Assembly: GCA_963663865.1 (NCBI GenBank)
Contig: OY760686.1
Location: 320,001 to 384,000, forward strand
Direction: 5' to 3'
DNA from: Spirochaetota bacterium
GTDB taxonomy: Bacteria > Spirochaetota > UBA4802 > UBA5550
DNA: 64,000 nucleotides
Part shown: positions 9,682 through 19,653 of the stretch, one piece after another
Layout: the number at the start of each line of letters is the position of its first letter
How positions within the stretch are numbered: the first letter of the stretch is position 1
Notes under the pieces: model-generated
Database searches by the model: none
Seen by the model: only the letters and a program-made list of their open reading frames with translations
What the model was told of the DNA's origin: nothing
Made by a program: the position numbers and the translations under genes

Positions 9682-10548
9682 ATGGCATACGGTCAGAATT
9701 TAAATATCAGGTTCGGCGGACCAGTGACCCCCATGGTTAAAAGGCTGCTTATAATCAATGCATCAGTTTTCCTTCTTCAACAGATACTATCTCTAATGGC
9801 TCCCGGTACAATCGAATCAATTTTTGGACTATCTCACGACGGGCTGACAAGCAGCTTCAGGTTCTGGCAAATTTTCACGTACATGTTTCTTCATGGCGGA
9901 TGGCTGCACATAATATTTAATCTCCTCGCCTTGTGGATGTTCGCAGGAGAGCTGGAACGTCTCTGGGGCAGCGTTTTTTTCCTTAAGTATTATCTTTATT
10001 CAGGAATTGGCGCTGGTCTTTTTATCGCCGGTATGAACACCTACCTGTTCCATATGACTGGCGCTTCTCCTGTAACTCTCGGAGCTTCCGGTGCTATCTA
10101 TGCCCTGCTCCTGGCATACGGCATCAACTGGCCCAACAGGGAAGTTCTCCTTTACTTCCTTATCCCGGTTAAGATCAAGTACCTTCTTGTTGTTTTTGGA
10201 CTCATTGAATTCTTCGGAACCATCTCAACTGCTTCGAGCGGCGGCAAAGGGATAAGCCATATCGGTCATCTTGGCGGGCTTATTACCGGTCTTGTCATAC
10301 TTTATTTCAGGTCAGGACGAATCCCTATATTTAAAAATATCAACTTCGCCTCCAGGCTGCTTAAGAAACTCCGGCTTAAGAAAAAAAAGAAACAGATAGA
10401 CAAGCGCATTAAAGCAAAGGTAATCATTGACCAGCTTCTCGAAAAAATAGCAAGAAGCGGAATGCAGTCCCTTTCATCTGAGGAAAAAAAACAGCTTGAA
10501 TGGGCAAGACGTCATTATTACCCGGACAAGAAAAACACCTTTCACTGA
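9682..10548 (+). CDS. Rhomboid-family intramembrane serine protease with C-terminal helical tail
   Basis: WQIFTYMFLHGGWLHIIFN, catalytic GASG and HIGHLGG, C-terminal IDQLLEKIARSGMQSLSSEEK. Confidence 0.92.
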   Translation: MAYGQNLNIRFGGPVTPMVKRLLIINASVFLLQQILSLMAPGTIESIFGLSHDGLTSSFRFWQIFTYMFLHGGWLHIIFNLLALWMFAGELERLWGSVFFLKYYLYSGIGAGLFIAGMNTYLFHMTGASPVTLGASGAIYALLLAYGINWPNREVLLYFLIPVKIKYLLVVFGLIEFFGTISTASSGGKGISHIGHLGGLITGLVILYFRSGRIPIFKNINFASRLLKKLRLKKKKKQIDKRIKAKVIIDQLLEKIARSGMQSLSSEEKKQLEWARRHYYPDKKNTFH

Positions 10549-10580
10549 TTATATCATTAACTGTTAAACCAAATCTTAAA

Positions 10581-10614
10581 TCCTTTCGATAATAATAATA
10601 GATTATCGGAAGGA
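10581..10614 (+). promoter_or_regulatory. 13-bp stem-loop containing the Shine-Dalgarno of the methyltransferase gene
   Basis: TCCTTTCGATAAT-(8 nt loop)-ATTATCGGAAGGA with one G-U pair. AAGGA ends 7 nt before ATG 10622. Confidence 0.55.
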
Positions 10615-10621
10615 CGCCAGA

Positions 10622-12358
10622 ATGAAGAACACGCCCCGTCGCCACTACCTGAAGCGGCACAGTCAGTATATTGAAAACCGCTTATCAGTAATAAAACAAC
10701 TCCTTGATTCGCTTCATTCCCCGGAAAGAGACAACACACTTATAGACATCATGTCCTTTTTTATGTCACATAACACACTCCCAGTTTCAGCTGAAACACT
10801 CACTCCTGCAGCCCAAAGCATTTCTGAAATAAAGGAGCTGATTAAACGATGGGACATAGTTTCCAATGGAGATATATTGGGATACATTTATCAGAAATTA
10901 AAGTGCAGCGCCGGGAAAAAAAAGATAGGCCAATTCTTCACGCCTGGAGACATAGTCTCTCATTTAACTGAGAGTGCGATCAGAATCACAGAAAATCCCT
11001 CTTCTGTGATTCTTGATCCGGCATGCGGCTCAGGTCAATTTCTCATGAGCGCGTACATATTTCTTCATGAACAGCTTTCAACCTCACAACGTGAAAATCC
11101 AGAAACGATAATAAGTAAATATATATACGGTATCGACACCGACCCTGTTGCTGTTCAAATCTGTAAGTTCAATCTATCCAGAATTTCCGGGGTAGAAGAA
11201 AGCAAAATCAACATTGTTTGCTCAAATTTCCTTGGGGATGATAACTTAATAGAGGGTATAAAACCTGACATCATTATCGGAAACCCGCCCTGGGGAGGAA
11301 TGCTCACAAAAGAAGAAAAGAAGCGTTTCAGGAACAAATTTATTTCTTCGCAGTCAGGGATAAACACTTTCACACTTTTTCTCGAACAAGCATTCAGAAT
11401 AACAAACGGAAACGGCATAGTTGCTTTTCTAATCCCTGAGGCATATCTAAACATCAAAGCACACAGAGAATCGCGGAAGTTCGTTCTCAAGCACGCATCT
11501 ATTAAAGAGATAGCACTATGGGGCGAAAGGTTCAAGGGCGTTTTTGCCCCAGCGGCTTCTATAATAGCAAAAAAAGAAAGTAACCAGTCAATTATATCAC
11601 GAAACATAGTTTGCATCAAGGACACAAAAGATACATTCCATCAGACAGCCTCCCGGCTTGTCCCTCAGGATTCATTCAAAAAAACTCCAGACAATATTTT
11701 TAACATAAACTATTCCAGAAAATGCGTGAATATTATTGAAACCATAAGCGATAACGCAGGGCTTACTCTTAAAAACAGATCTGTTTTTTTTCTCGGAATA
11801 GTCAGCGGAGATAATACGAGACACATAAGCCCCACCAAAACCCAGAAACACATGGACCCCATACTTATTGGCAAGGATTTATCAAAATACCATATCAATT
11901 TCAGCGGCCATTATTTTCACTACAACCCGGAAGACCTTCAGCAGGTAGCACCACAACATTTGTACCAGCAGAAGAACAAGGTTCTGTACAGGTTCATTGG
12001 CAAGAAACTGACTTTCGCCATTGACCGTTCCGGATATTACACTCTTAACAACATCAACGGATTTATTCCTTCGATTGAAGAGCTCAATACTGAAACAATT
12101 GTCTCATTATTAAACTCAGACCTTATACAATACTATTACGAGAATAATTTTTTTACAGTGAAGGTTCTTAAGGGAAACCTGGAGAGGCTCCCTTTAAAAC
12201 GTATATCCCGGGAGAATCAGGAAAAGATTAAAACATACTATTCTGATCTCGAAAATGGCTGCGGAAACGCCGACTATTTAAAAGCCAATATTGATGATAT
12301 AATTTTTCATGAGTATGGAATAAAAGACAGAGAGGCATATCTTACTGCAGCAGTTTAG
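10622..12358 (+). CDS. N6-adenine DNA methyltransferase, gamma class (TaqI/Eco57I-like, C-terminal TRD); no cognate endonuclease adjacent
   Basis: GQFFTP (motif X), ILDPACGSGQFL (motif I), IIIGNPPW (motif IV), TaqI_C-like C-terminus KVLYRFIGKKLTFAID...LLNSDLIQYYY. Confidence 0.88.
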   Translation: MKNTPRRHYLKRHSQYIENRLSVIKQLLDSLHSPERDNTLIDIMSFFMSHNTLPVSAETLTPAAQSISEIKELIKRWDIVSNGDILGYIYQKLKCSAGKKKIGQFFTPGDIVSHLTESAIRITENPSSVILDPACGSGQFLMSAYIFLHEQLSTSQRENPETIISKYIYGIDTDPVAVQICKFNLSRISGVEESKINIVCSNFLGDDNLIEGIKPDIIIGNPPWGGMLTKEEKKRFRNKFISSQSGINTFTLFLEQAFRITNGNGIVAFLIPEAYLNIKAHRESRKFVLKHASIKEIALWGERFKGVFAPAASIIAKKESNQSIISRNIVCIKDTKDTFHQTASRLVPQDSFKKTPDNIFNINYSRKCVNIIETISDNAGLTLKNRSVFFLGIVSGDNTRHISPTKTQKHMDPILIGKDLSKYHINFSGHYFHYNPEDLQQVAPQHLYQQKNKVLYRFIGKKLTFAIDRSGYYTLNNINGFIPSIEELNTETIVSLLNSDLIQYYYENNFFTVKVLKGNLERLPLKRISRENQEKIKTYYSDLENGCGNADYLKANIDDIIFHEYGIKDREAYLTAAV

Positions 12359-12377
12359 AGCCGGACTACTTTCCGGC

Positions 12378-13088
12378 CTAAAAAGCTTCCGAATCTCTTT
12401 TAATTATCGGATACCTTCTCGGATACAAGCCTGCTGTTTTTTTAACCTTCTCAAAAACAAGACCATAACGAGAAAGATTATCCGCATTCTCACTTGCAGG
12501 TTCAAGACCGAGTCTAACGGCATGCTTAATTACTCCGGAAGGCAGCTCGTCAAACGTGAGCTTTGAATAAACAAACAGCCTCCCTGTGACTTTCAGAAAG
12601 GGAGCGGCCATTTCAAGTACCACATATACTTCAGCAAAAGCCCTGGACAGAACAAGATCATACTCTCCCCTGAGCATCTTTTCCCGTCCGGCCTCCTCTA
12701 TTCTCACCTTACTGGCGGAGACATTATCTACCTTTAGCTCACCAAGCGTTCTATTGATAAAATCAATCTTCTTGCCATTAGAATCAAAGAGAACCCCCTC
12801 AACGCCGGGAAAGCATATCGCGAAAGGTATGCCGGGGACTCCCGCCCCCGTTCCGAGATCCGCAAATTTTGTTCCACGTGGAACATTCTCTCCAACAAAA
12901 GGAACAAGGCTTTTAACTACGAGCTCAGACTCTATTTGCTCAATGGTTTTAAATCCGGTCAGATTAAACATACCGGAAGCCTCTGATACCATTGCCGCAT
13001 ATTGCTTCAATTTACTGACTATCTCGTTGTCTTTAAACCCGGCAGCTGCTGCCCACTCTTCAATTGTCACAAGTTCCACGTGGAACAT
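12378..13088 (-). CDS. rsmG: 16S rRNA (guanine-N7) methyltransferase RsmG/GidB
   Basis: [42 protein letters not shown]. Follows mnmG. Exact start uncertain (ATG 13088 lies within parS; GTG 13070 possible). Confidence 0.9.
   Translation of the reverse strand: MFHVELVTIEEWAAAAGFKDNEIVSKLKQYAAMVSEASGMFNLTGFKTIEQIESELVVKSLVPFVGENVPRGTKFADLGTGAGVPGIPFAICFPGVEGVLFDSNGKKIDFINRTLGELKVDNVSASKVRIEEAGREKMLRGEYDLVLSRAFAEVYVVLEMAAPFLKVTGRLFVYSKLTFDELPSGVIKHAVRLGLEPASENADNLSRYGLVFEKVKKTAGLYPRRYPIIKRDSEAF
12870..12885. other. parS centromere site (perfect palindrome TGTTCCACGTGGAACA) inside rsmG
   Basis: 16-bp match to the universal parS consensus TGTTNCACGTGNAACA; encodes NVPRGT in RsmG. Confidence 0.9.
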
Positions 13089-14946
13089 CCCCCTTTTGTC
13101 TTGCGTTGTTTTCCAGATGATATATCAACACGGAAATATGTGAAGGGTCAACGCCGGATATCCTTGAGGCCTGACCAACGGTCGCAGGTCGGATTTTCAT
13201 CAACTTATCAAGCGCTTCTCTTTTGATTCCATTGATAGACGAATAGTCAAAATCAGAGGGGATGCTGAACAACTCCATCTTTTCAATTTTAGCGATCTTT
13301 TCCTCAGCCCTTTTTATATACCCTTCATACTTAATCTCCATTTCGACAACTGAAGCTGTAATTTCATCGATCACAAGGCCAGTCAAAGGGATAACCTTTG
13401 AGGCTTCGATTCCGGGACGTTTAAGAAGCCTGCCGCAGTTTATTCTACCCGGAGCAAGTCCTCCGGTGTACTCACCAGGAAGACCGCTAATAAACGTACT
13501 GTCGATTGTCACTGACGATGCGTTTAATCTCTCAACACATTCATCAATCTTTCGATATTTTTCGAGCATCATTTCATAGCTTTCTTTTCTCAAAAGCCCT
13601 GTTTCAACCCCATACTTCATCAGCCGTCTGTCGCAGTTGTCCTGTCTTAGCATCAGCCTGTGTTCAGCACGGGAAGTAAACATCCTGTATGGTTCATTCG
13701 TGCCCTTTGTTACAAGGTCATCAATGAGAACACCTATGTAGGCTTCTGATCTTTTCAAAACAAGCGGCTTTTTCCCTTTTATCAAGTTGCTTGCGTTGAT
13801 TGCTGCTATCAGGCCCTGCGCGGCAGCTTCTTCATAACCTGAAGTTCCATTGATCTGTCCGGCGTGAAAAAGCCCTCTAACTCTTTTCGTTTCAAGGGAT
13901 GGATAAAGCTCTGTTGGAGGAACAAAGTCATATTCTATCGCGTAGGCTGGACGCATAACAACCGCACTCTCAAGTCCGGGAATAGTCTTCATCATTTTAA
14001 GCTGTACATCTTCAGGAAGAGAGCTTGAAAATCCGTTAATGTAAAACTCATTTGTATTTAGTCCTTCAGGCTCAAGAAAGAGCTGATGCCGATCCTTTCC
14101 GGAAAACCTTACAACCTTATCTTCTATTGAAGGACAATACCTGGCTCCGGTTCCTTTTATCGCTCCGCCGTAAAGAGGAGACCTGTCAAGACTGCCTTTA
14201 ATTATTTTGTGTGTTTCTTCGTTGGTATATGTAATCCAGCAAGGTACCTGAGTATTGTTTATTTTTTCTGTAGAATATGAAAACGGAACAGGAATTTCAT
14301 CCGGATGCTGAATCTCACATCTTGAGAAATCAATACTTGAGCCGTTTACTCTTGGAGGAGTTCCTGTCTTTAACCTGAAAATGGGAAACCCTATTTTTTC
14401 AAGAGATTGGCTTAGCTTTTCAGAAGCAAAATCAGCAAGCCTCCCCGCTCTCTCCTGATATTCACCAATATGGATTAACCCTCTTAAAAATGTTCCTGTG
14501 CAGATTATTACCGTTTTTGATTCAAACTCAATACCCCTGGATGTTCTGATTCCTCTTACAACAGAATCTTCAACCAGTATTTCGTCGGCAATGTCTTGAA
14601 AGAGATGAAGGTTTTCTCGATCTTCAAGTTTTTTCTTGGCAAGTTCCTGGTAGCGTTTTTTGTCTGCCTGTGCTCTGGGAGACCACACCGCAGCACCCCT
14701 GCTCCTGTTAAGCATTTTAAAATGAATACCTGTTTCATCAATAATACGTCCCATTACGCCGCCAAGCGCGTCTATTTCCTTAACGAGATGGCCCTTGGCT
14801 AAACCTCCAATCGCTGGATTACAGCTCATCTGAGCAATTGTATCAAGATTACCCGTTATTAAAAGAGTCGACATGCCCATTCCGGCTGCCCCCATAGCCG
14901 CCTCTACTCCGGCATGCCCTCCCCCGATAATTATAACATCATACAT
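13060..14946 (-). CDS. mnmG: tRNA uridine 5-carboxymethylaminomethyl modification enzyme MnmG/GidA
   Basis: [74 protein letters not shown]. Confidence 0.97.
   Translation of the reverse strand: MYDVIIIGGGHAGVEAAMGAAGMGMSTLLITGNLDTIAQMSCNPAIGGLAKGHLVKEIDALGGVMGRIIDETGIHFKMLNRSRGAAVWSPRAQADKKRYQELAKKKLEDRENLHLFQDIADEILVEDSVVRGIRTSRGIEFESKTVIICTGTFLRGLIHIGEYQERAGRLADFASEKLSQSLEKIGFPIFRLKTGTPPRVNGSSIDFSRCEIQHPDEIPVPFSYSTEKINNTQVPCWITYTNEETHKIIKGSLDRSPLYGGAIKGTGARYCPSIEDKVVRFSGKDRHQLFLEPEGLNTNEFYINGFSSSLPEDVQLKMMKTIPGLESAVVMRPAYAIEYDFVPPTELYPSLETKRVRGLFHAGQINGTSGYEEAAAQGLIAAINASNLIKGKKPLVLKRSEAYIGVLIDDLVTKGTNEPYRMFTSRAEHRLMLRQDNCDRRLMKYGVETGLLRKESYEMMLEKYRKIDECVERLNASSVTIDSTFISGLPGEYTGGLAPGRINCGRLLKRPGIEASKVIPLTGLVIDEITASVVEMEIKYEGYIKRAEEKIAKIEKMELFSIPSDFDYSSINGIKREALDKLMKIRPATVGQASRISGVDPSHISVLIYHLENNARQKGDVPRGTCDN
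13072..13087. other. Second parS site (AGTTCCACGTGGAACA) at the mnmG/rsmG overlap
   Basis: 15/16 identical to the first site, about 200 bp away; encodes DVPRGT in the MnmG tail. Confidence 0.85.
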
Positions 14947-15229
14947 TTCAACACCTCTTGTTTGATTAATGTCCTATAACTGTTTCCGGGTTTGAGGTGC
15001 AAACATTAATTAAAATATTTTTAGGTCATTCAATAATGCCGGCTGGTAAATTACTTTTTCTCTGGAGGGGTTGATGCTATATTTGTTAATTATTCAACTC
15101 TGCAAAATTTCTCAGCTTGATGAGTCCTATTACTAGCCTAATATAATTGTTTAATATTTTTTGTTTTTCGATTTGAAACATACTAATGAAGTGAGCCTTA
15201 TCTGACATAATCTATGAATTCACTAAAAA

Positions 15230-15595
15230 TTAAAACCCATCCAACTTCATAATAACTGACAACGCTTTTTGCAGGTTGTCAATATCCTTTACTAACAAAT
15301 CATATGCGTCTTTTACTTCGTTTTCAGATGCAGCTGCGGAAGCTTTTTCCAGCATCAATGCCGAGTTGTACGCGGATTCACATGAAAAGTTTGAAATTGA
15401 GCCCTTTAATGTATGTGCTGTTTTTCGAAGCATTGGGAAATCAGAGTTATCAATGTTTGTTTTTATCAACTTCATAAGCCTTGCGGAGTCCTCAATAAAC
15501 AACTCGGCAAGTTCACGAAAAAGATCAAAATCATAATCAAGGCGTGAAGCAATGTCTTTCATGTCAATAATTCTTGAAGCCTCTGCTCTATCCAT
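15230..15595 (-). CDS. Stand-alone Hpt (histidine phosphotransfer) domain protein
   Basis: LRKTAHTLKGSISNF...LE Hpt signature. Confidence 0.88.
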   Translation of the reverse strand: MDRAEASRIIDMKDIASRLDYDFDLFRELAELFIEDSARLMKLIKTNIDNSDFPMLRKTAHTLKGSISNFSCESAYNSALMLEKASAAASENEVKDAYDLLVKDIDNLQKALSVIMKLDGF

Positions 15596-15607
15596 TCCTC
15601 TGCTCCT

Positions 15608-16756
15608 TTAAAACTCTATTGATAAAAAAGCTATGTCATCATCTCTTTCGTCTATTGCGGTAAATGATTTTACATCATTAAGTATTGCTTCATTAAATGA
15701 CTTCGCTGACAGAGCATGGTTCTTTTTTATTGATGCTGCAAGACGGCCAACTCCATACTCTTCCTTATCTCTGCCCTTTAGTTCCGTCACGCCGTCCGTG
15801 TATAACAGTAGTCTATCTCCCTCTGCTACAGCTATTGATTTCTGCTCATATTCGACATCATCTGCTATTCCAACAAACAGTCCGTATGCGTCCAGAGCCA
15901 GCACATTGCCGCTGGCTTTTCGGTAATATAGGGCCTTTGTATGTCCGGCATTAGAAAAAGTAATTCTCCCGGTCTCCTTATTATATATAACGTAAAAAGC
16001 CGTGATATACTGTCCGCCAATTAGAAATTTCAGCATTTCATTATTAATTACTGAAAAGAATTCACTCGTCTGCGTGTACCGTGGGGCATAAAGACTGAAG
16101 AGCATTTTCGACATTGACATTATTAATGCAGCTGGAATCCCGTGCCCGGTAACATCGGCTATCAGAAATCCTGTTGTATAACTGTTAATTTCATAACAGT
16201 CATAATAATCTCCGCCAATATCCTCAATAGGAAGATAGGTGCCTGTAATATGAGGATATGTAACTCCAGGAAAGTCAACAGGGACTATAAACTTTTGTAT
16301 CTGCTTGGCTATGTCGAGTTCGAACTCAATAAGTTTATTTTTTTCATAAAGTTCATCATGAAGATATTTAAGCCTCAAAAGAGATTGAACCCTTGCGACA
16401 AGCTCCTTTTCATTGAGAGGTTTGAGAAGATAATCATCTGCTCCTATTTGGAGCCCCTTAATCTTGGAGTTTAAATCATCGCTTCCGGTCATAAGTATAA
16501 CTGGAATAAATCTCTCAGCGGAAATTTTTTTAAATCTTTGAAGAAATCCAAAACCGTCCAGCCTCGGCATTATAATATCGAGCAGAACAAGATCGAATTG
16601 TTTTTTTGATAAAAGCTCAAGGGCCTCAATTCCATCCCCGGCTTCATCAACGCTTAGATTAAGTTGAGCGAGAGTTTTTATAACCATTGCTCTGTTCAAC
16701 TTGCTGTCATCAACGACAAGAACGTTCCAGTCGGAATTCAGGTAGCTTAAATCCAT
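15608..16756 (-). CDS. Response-regulator receiver fused to PP2C/SpoIIE (RsbU-like) phosphatase
   Basis: REC: VLVVDD...LLDIIMPRLDG...KP. PP2C: DIGGDYYD, ADVTGHG, NAGH, YTDGVTE, DDIA. Confidence 0.92.
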   Translation of the reverse strand: MDLSYLNSDWNVLVVDDSKLNRAMVIKTLAQLNLSVDEAGDGIEALELLSKKQFDLVLLDIIMPRLDGFGFLQRFKKISAERFIPVILMTGSDDLNSKIKGLQIGADDYLLKPLNEKELVARVQSLLRLKYLHDELYEKNKLIEFELDIAKQIQKFIVPVDFPGVTYPHITGTYLPIEDIGGDYYDCYEINSYTTGFLIADVTGHGIPAALIMSMSKMLFSLYAPRYTQTSEFFSVINNEMLKFLIGGQYITAFYVIYNKETGRITFSNAGHTKALYYRKASGNVLALDAYGLFVGIADDVEYEQKSIAVAEGDRLLLYTDGVTELKGRDKEEYGVGRLAASIKKNHALSAKSFNEAILNDVKSFTAIDERDDDIAFLSIEF

Positions 16757-16972
16757 AATATCATCCGTTATTGGTTTAAAATTACTCTTATGCTTTTCTC
16801 TCGTCTCTTGTAAAACAGTGAATGGTTATTGTTAATATCGGCATTTGACTATTTCTACAATAGTATCTACGGCGTAATAAAGCAACAATTATAGTCAGGC
16901 AGTTTTACGCGTTATAAGGGTATAATATCGAGGTTGGTTTTATTTCCGCTTTTTGGGAATTGGTGTGTAGTA

Positions 16973-18550
16973 CTATTTATTACGGTAATCCATAAAGTTA
17001 ATATTAAGTTTCTTAATTTTGTAATTGAGTATTCTCTTGGTTGTTCCCAGTCTCTGTGCGGCTTTTGTAATATTACCGGAAGTAATTTTAAGATTATCAA
17101 TTATGATATCCTTAATATACTGGTTTTCTATCTCATCAAGGGTCATGTTCCTCTGACTCACAGACTCAGCAATCTGCAGGGATGGAGGCAGATGAGTACT
17201 TCGTATAACATTCTCCTCGTTTATAATAACAGCCCTCTGAATGCAGTTTTCAAGCTCCCGAACATTGCCGGGCCAGTGATAGCTTACAAGCATATTTATG
17301 GCCTCCGAGCTAATTCTGTTAATCCGTTTTTTAAGTTCTGCACTGTACTTTTCGAGAAAGTAATCAGCCAAAAGCATTATATCAGCTTTTCGTTCACGAA
17401 GAGGAGGAGAATAGATTTGAAACACGTTCAGCCTGTAGTAAAGATCAAGCCTGAAATTTCCTTCTTCAACTTTCTTTTCAAGATTCTGGTGAGTTGCGGC
17501 AATTATTCTAACATCAAGCGGTATTGTCTTTGTTCCGCCAATTCTCTCTATGCTTTTTTCCTGAAGGACTCTAAGAAGCTTAACCTGCCCCTGCAGATTC
17601 AAGTCACCTATTTCATCCAGAAATATTGTTCCGCCATTAGCAAGTTCGAACCTCCCCTTCTTCTGTGAATGTGCGCCGGTAAAGGCCCCTTTTTCATGTC
17701 CGAAGAGTTCACTTTCAATCAAGTTATCCGGAAGAGCGGCAATATTAACCTTAACATAGGGCATACCCTTTCTGTCGCTGTTCTCATAGACTTCATCAGC
17801 GATTATCTCCTTACCTGTTCCGCTTTCGCCGTTAATTAGAACTGTCGATTTTGTCGGTGCGACTAAAAGAATTTTCTCATATATATCTCTCATAAGCTGG
17901 GAATTTCCGATAAGCTTTCCGGATGATTTCGACCTGTTAAGCTTTATCTTTAAAAGCCTGTTCTCTTCCTTAAGCTCCTCTTCCCTCATTAATGCATGTC
18001 TTCTTTCGTCAACGGCCGTAGCAATCATGATGGCTACCGTTGATAGAATATTTAATTCCTCAAGAAAACTCTCAGAATACTGTTTTTCCTTGTCTATAGA
18101 TATTGTTCCAATAACACTTCCCTTTGTTTCAATTGGTACGCAAATAAAGACACAGTTGCCCTGTCCTCTGCCCTTTCTTGCACCGGTTTTATTCAAAAAC
18201 AACGGCTCATTGTCTATCGAAGGTACCACTATGGGTTTACCAGTCTTAAACACTGTACCAATAACGCCCTCTCCTGGCTTATACATTCCCTTTTTTACTT
18301 CTTCACTTGTGTAGCCATATGAGGAATCAATATATATTCTTTCCTGCTGTTCGTTATAAACATTAATGGCTCCCCTTATTACTGAAAGCCTTTTCGCAAG
18401 CTGCTCCATAACCTGGTTAAGCATTGAGACAAGATCTTCTCCGGCAGAAAAAATTCTGCCAATCTTGTATATCAGATCAGTAGATTCAATTTCCTTCTGA
18501 ATTCGTTCGTAGAGTTCTTCGTTTAAGCTTTCTAAAACAGTGCCGCTCAT
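16973..18550 (-). CDS. NifA-like sigma54 enhancer-binding protein (GAF - AAA+ - Fis HTH)
   Basis: GAF with [12 protein letters not shown] and [11 protein letters not shown], Walker [54 protein letters not shown]. Confidence 0.92.
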   Translation of the reverse strand: MSGTVLESLNEELYERIQKEIESTDLIYKIGRIFSAGEDLVSMLNQVMEQLAKRLSVIRGAINVYNEQQERIYIDSSYGYTSEEVKKGMYKPGEGVIGTVFKTGKPIVVPSIDNEPLFLNKTGARKGRGQGNCVFICVPIETKGSVIGTISIDKEKQYSESFLEELNILSTVAIMIATAVDERRHALMREEELKEENRLLKIKLNRSKSSGKLIGNSQLMRDIYEKILLVAPTKSTVLINGESGTGKEIIADEVYENSDRKGMPYVKVNIAALPDNLIESELFGHEKGAFTGAHSQKKGRFELANGGTIFLDEIGDLNLQGQVKLLRVLQEKSIERIGGTKTIPLDVRIIAATHQNLEKKVEEGNFRLDLYYRLNVFQIYSPPLRERKADIMLLADYFLEKYSAELKKRINRISSEAINMLVSYHWPGNVRELENCIQRAVIINEENVIRSTHLPPSLQIAESVSQRNMTLDEIENQYIKDIIIDNLKITSGNITKAAQRLGTTKRILNYKIKKLNINFMDYRNK

Positions 18551-18713
18551 ATTATCCCGCCGAATTTATAATACTTATTTATTTGCTAAGACTGTAATAG
18601 TCTTCTGCTTTATATTAAAGTAAACAGTGCCTGTTAAGTATAACGGTATTATGGTTGAGATGTCAGAAAAGGGGTATAAAATTATTGCTATGCCGGATAT
18701 TTAAGATGATATT

Positions 18714-18727
18714 TTACATAATTGTAA
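18714..18727. promoter_or_regulatory. TTACA-TAAT-TGTAA palindrome upstream of the NifA-like gene (candidate autoregulatory site)
   Basis: Same ACA-N4-TGT geometry as the two sites upstream of amtB. Confidence 0.4.
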
Positions 18728-18751
18728 CTAAAAAGGCTCTATCCACCCTCC

Positions 18752-18787
18752 AAAAAACAGAAACAGGGCGTCAAACAGCCCTGTTTC
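18752..18787 (-). terminator. Intrinsic terminator of the amtB-glnK-porin operon
   Basis: Stem GAAACAGGGC/GCCCTGTTTC (18760-18787) followed on the - strand by TGTTTTTT. Confidence 0.75.
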
Positions 18788-18807
18788 ATGCTTGAGGCTT
18801 TATGAGA

Positions 18808-19602
18808 CTATATCGAACAGGATACACCGAATGTGGCATAGAACCTGTTGATATCCTTTTTATCGTTCAGATCATAATAGTAATCCTTCGACGGAACCAC
18901 AACATAATGGAAACCGGCGCTGTAAGTAATGATCCCGCTGGTCACAGCAAAGTCTGCAGAAAAGTTTATATCGCTTATTCCAGCTGTATCGAATGCAGCG
19001 CTTTTGTAATAACCAGCCATAACACCAAGGTCAAGAGAGGCTGCATCCTTAACCAGTTCAAAGGAATGACTTCCTCCGGCCTGAATGTAGAAGTCCTTGC
19101 CCTTATCAATGCCTTCACCAATATCTCCTGTGTAGTAATCATGGTTGTAAACTACTGTTGGAGACAGCGGAAGAGTATCGAAAGTTAAAGAAACCGTTCC
19201 GGTAGCAAAAGAATAATCATTTTCCCAAAGCATGTAGTACCACACGCTTGCTCCCAGAGTAACAGCATCAGCGAAGGTGTATGAATAATCTGCTCCAAAG
19301 TCAGTTGCCTGAAGGTCCTTAACGGAATCACCGACATTGACACCATCAAAAAGATAATCCTCTGAAAACTCGCCGCTTACAGTTAGCGAAAGGCCGCTTC
19401 CCATTACATCGAAGGACGCACTTGGGAAAAAAGCTCCGTCATTCTGAAACCAGTAAGAACCTCTCCACAGGTAGTTGCTCATATAATCCACGCCTACCGT
19501 AATTCCCAGAGAATTATCCTCTTGTGCACTCGCTGAAACTGCTGTCATTGAGATTGAGGCTACAGCTAAAAGACTCATAAAATAAACTTTAACTTTTTTC
19601 AT
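18808..19602 (-). CDS. Outer-membrane beta-barrel, TorF/Gcw_chp-like porin associated with amtB-glnK
   Basis: Signal peptide ending ASA-QE, N-terminal VDYMSNYLWRG motif, alternating aromatic strands, C-terminal FYATFGVSCSI, operon context. Confidence 0.7.
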   Translation of the reverse strand: MKKVKVYFMSLLAVASISMTAVSASAQEDNSLGITVGVDYMSNYLWRGSYWFQNDGAFFPSASFDVMGSGLSLTVSGEFSEDYLFDGVNVGDSVKDLQATDFGADYSYTFADAVTLGASVWYYMLWENDYSFATGTVSLTFDTLPLSPTVVYNHDYYTGDIGEGIDKGKDFYIQAGGSHSFELVKDAASLDLGVMAGYYKSAAFDTAGISDINFSADFAVTSGIITYSAGFHYVVVPSKDYYYDLNDKKDINRFYATFGVSCSI

Positions 19603-19619
19603 TTTTTTCTCCTTTGTTT

Positions 19620-19646
19620 ACGGTAAGGGAGTAACTCCCTTACCGT
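19620..19646 (-). other. Intercistronic perfect hairpin between glnK and the porin gene
   Basis: ACGGTAAGGGAGT-A-ACTCCCTTACCGT; no U-tract on the coding strand. Confidence 0.65.
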
Positions 19647-19653
19647 TGTATTT

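Noticed and set aside
10622-12358. Complete restriction-modification system
   Set aside because: No endonuclease or specificity-subunit gene adjacent, and no nuclease domain evident in the short N-terminus.
14947-15229. ncRNA or origin element upstream of mnmG
   Set aside because: AT-rich, but no convincing stem-loops, tRNA fold or DnaA-box cluster.
16934-17668. 244-aa + strand ORF
   Set aside because: Antisense shadow of the conserved AAA+ domain; no recognisable motifs.
16973-18550. Calling the activator nifA / a nitrogen-fixation cluster
   Set aside because: Architecture is NifA-like but no nif genes are in the window, so no symbol was assigned.
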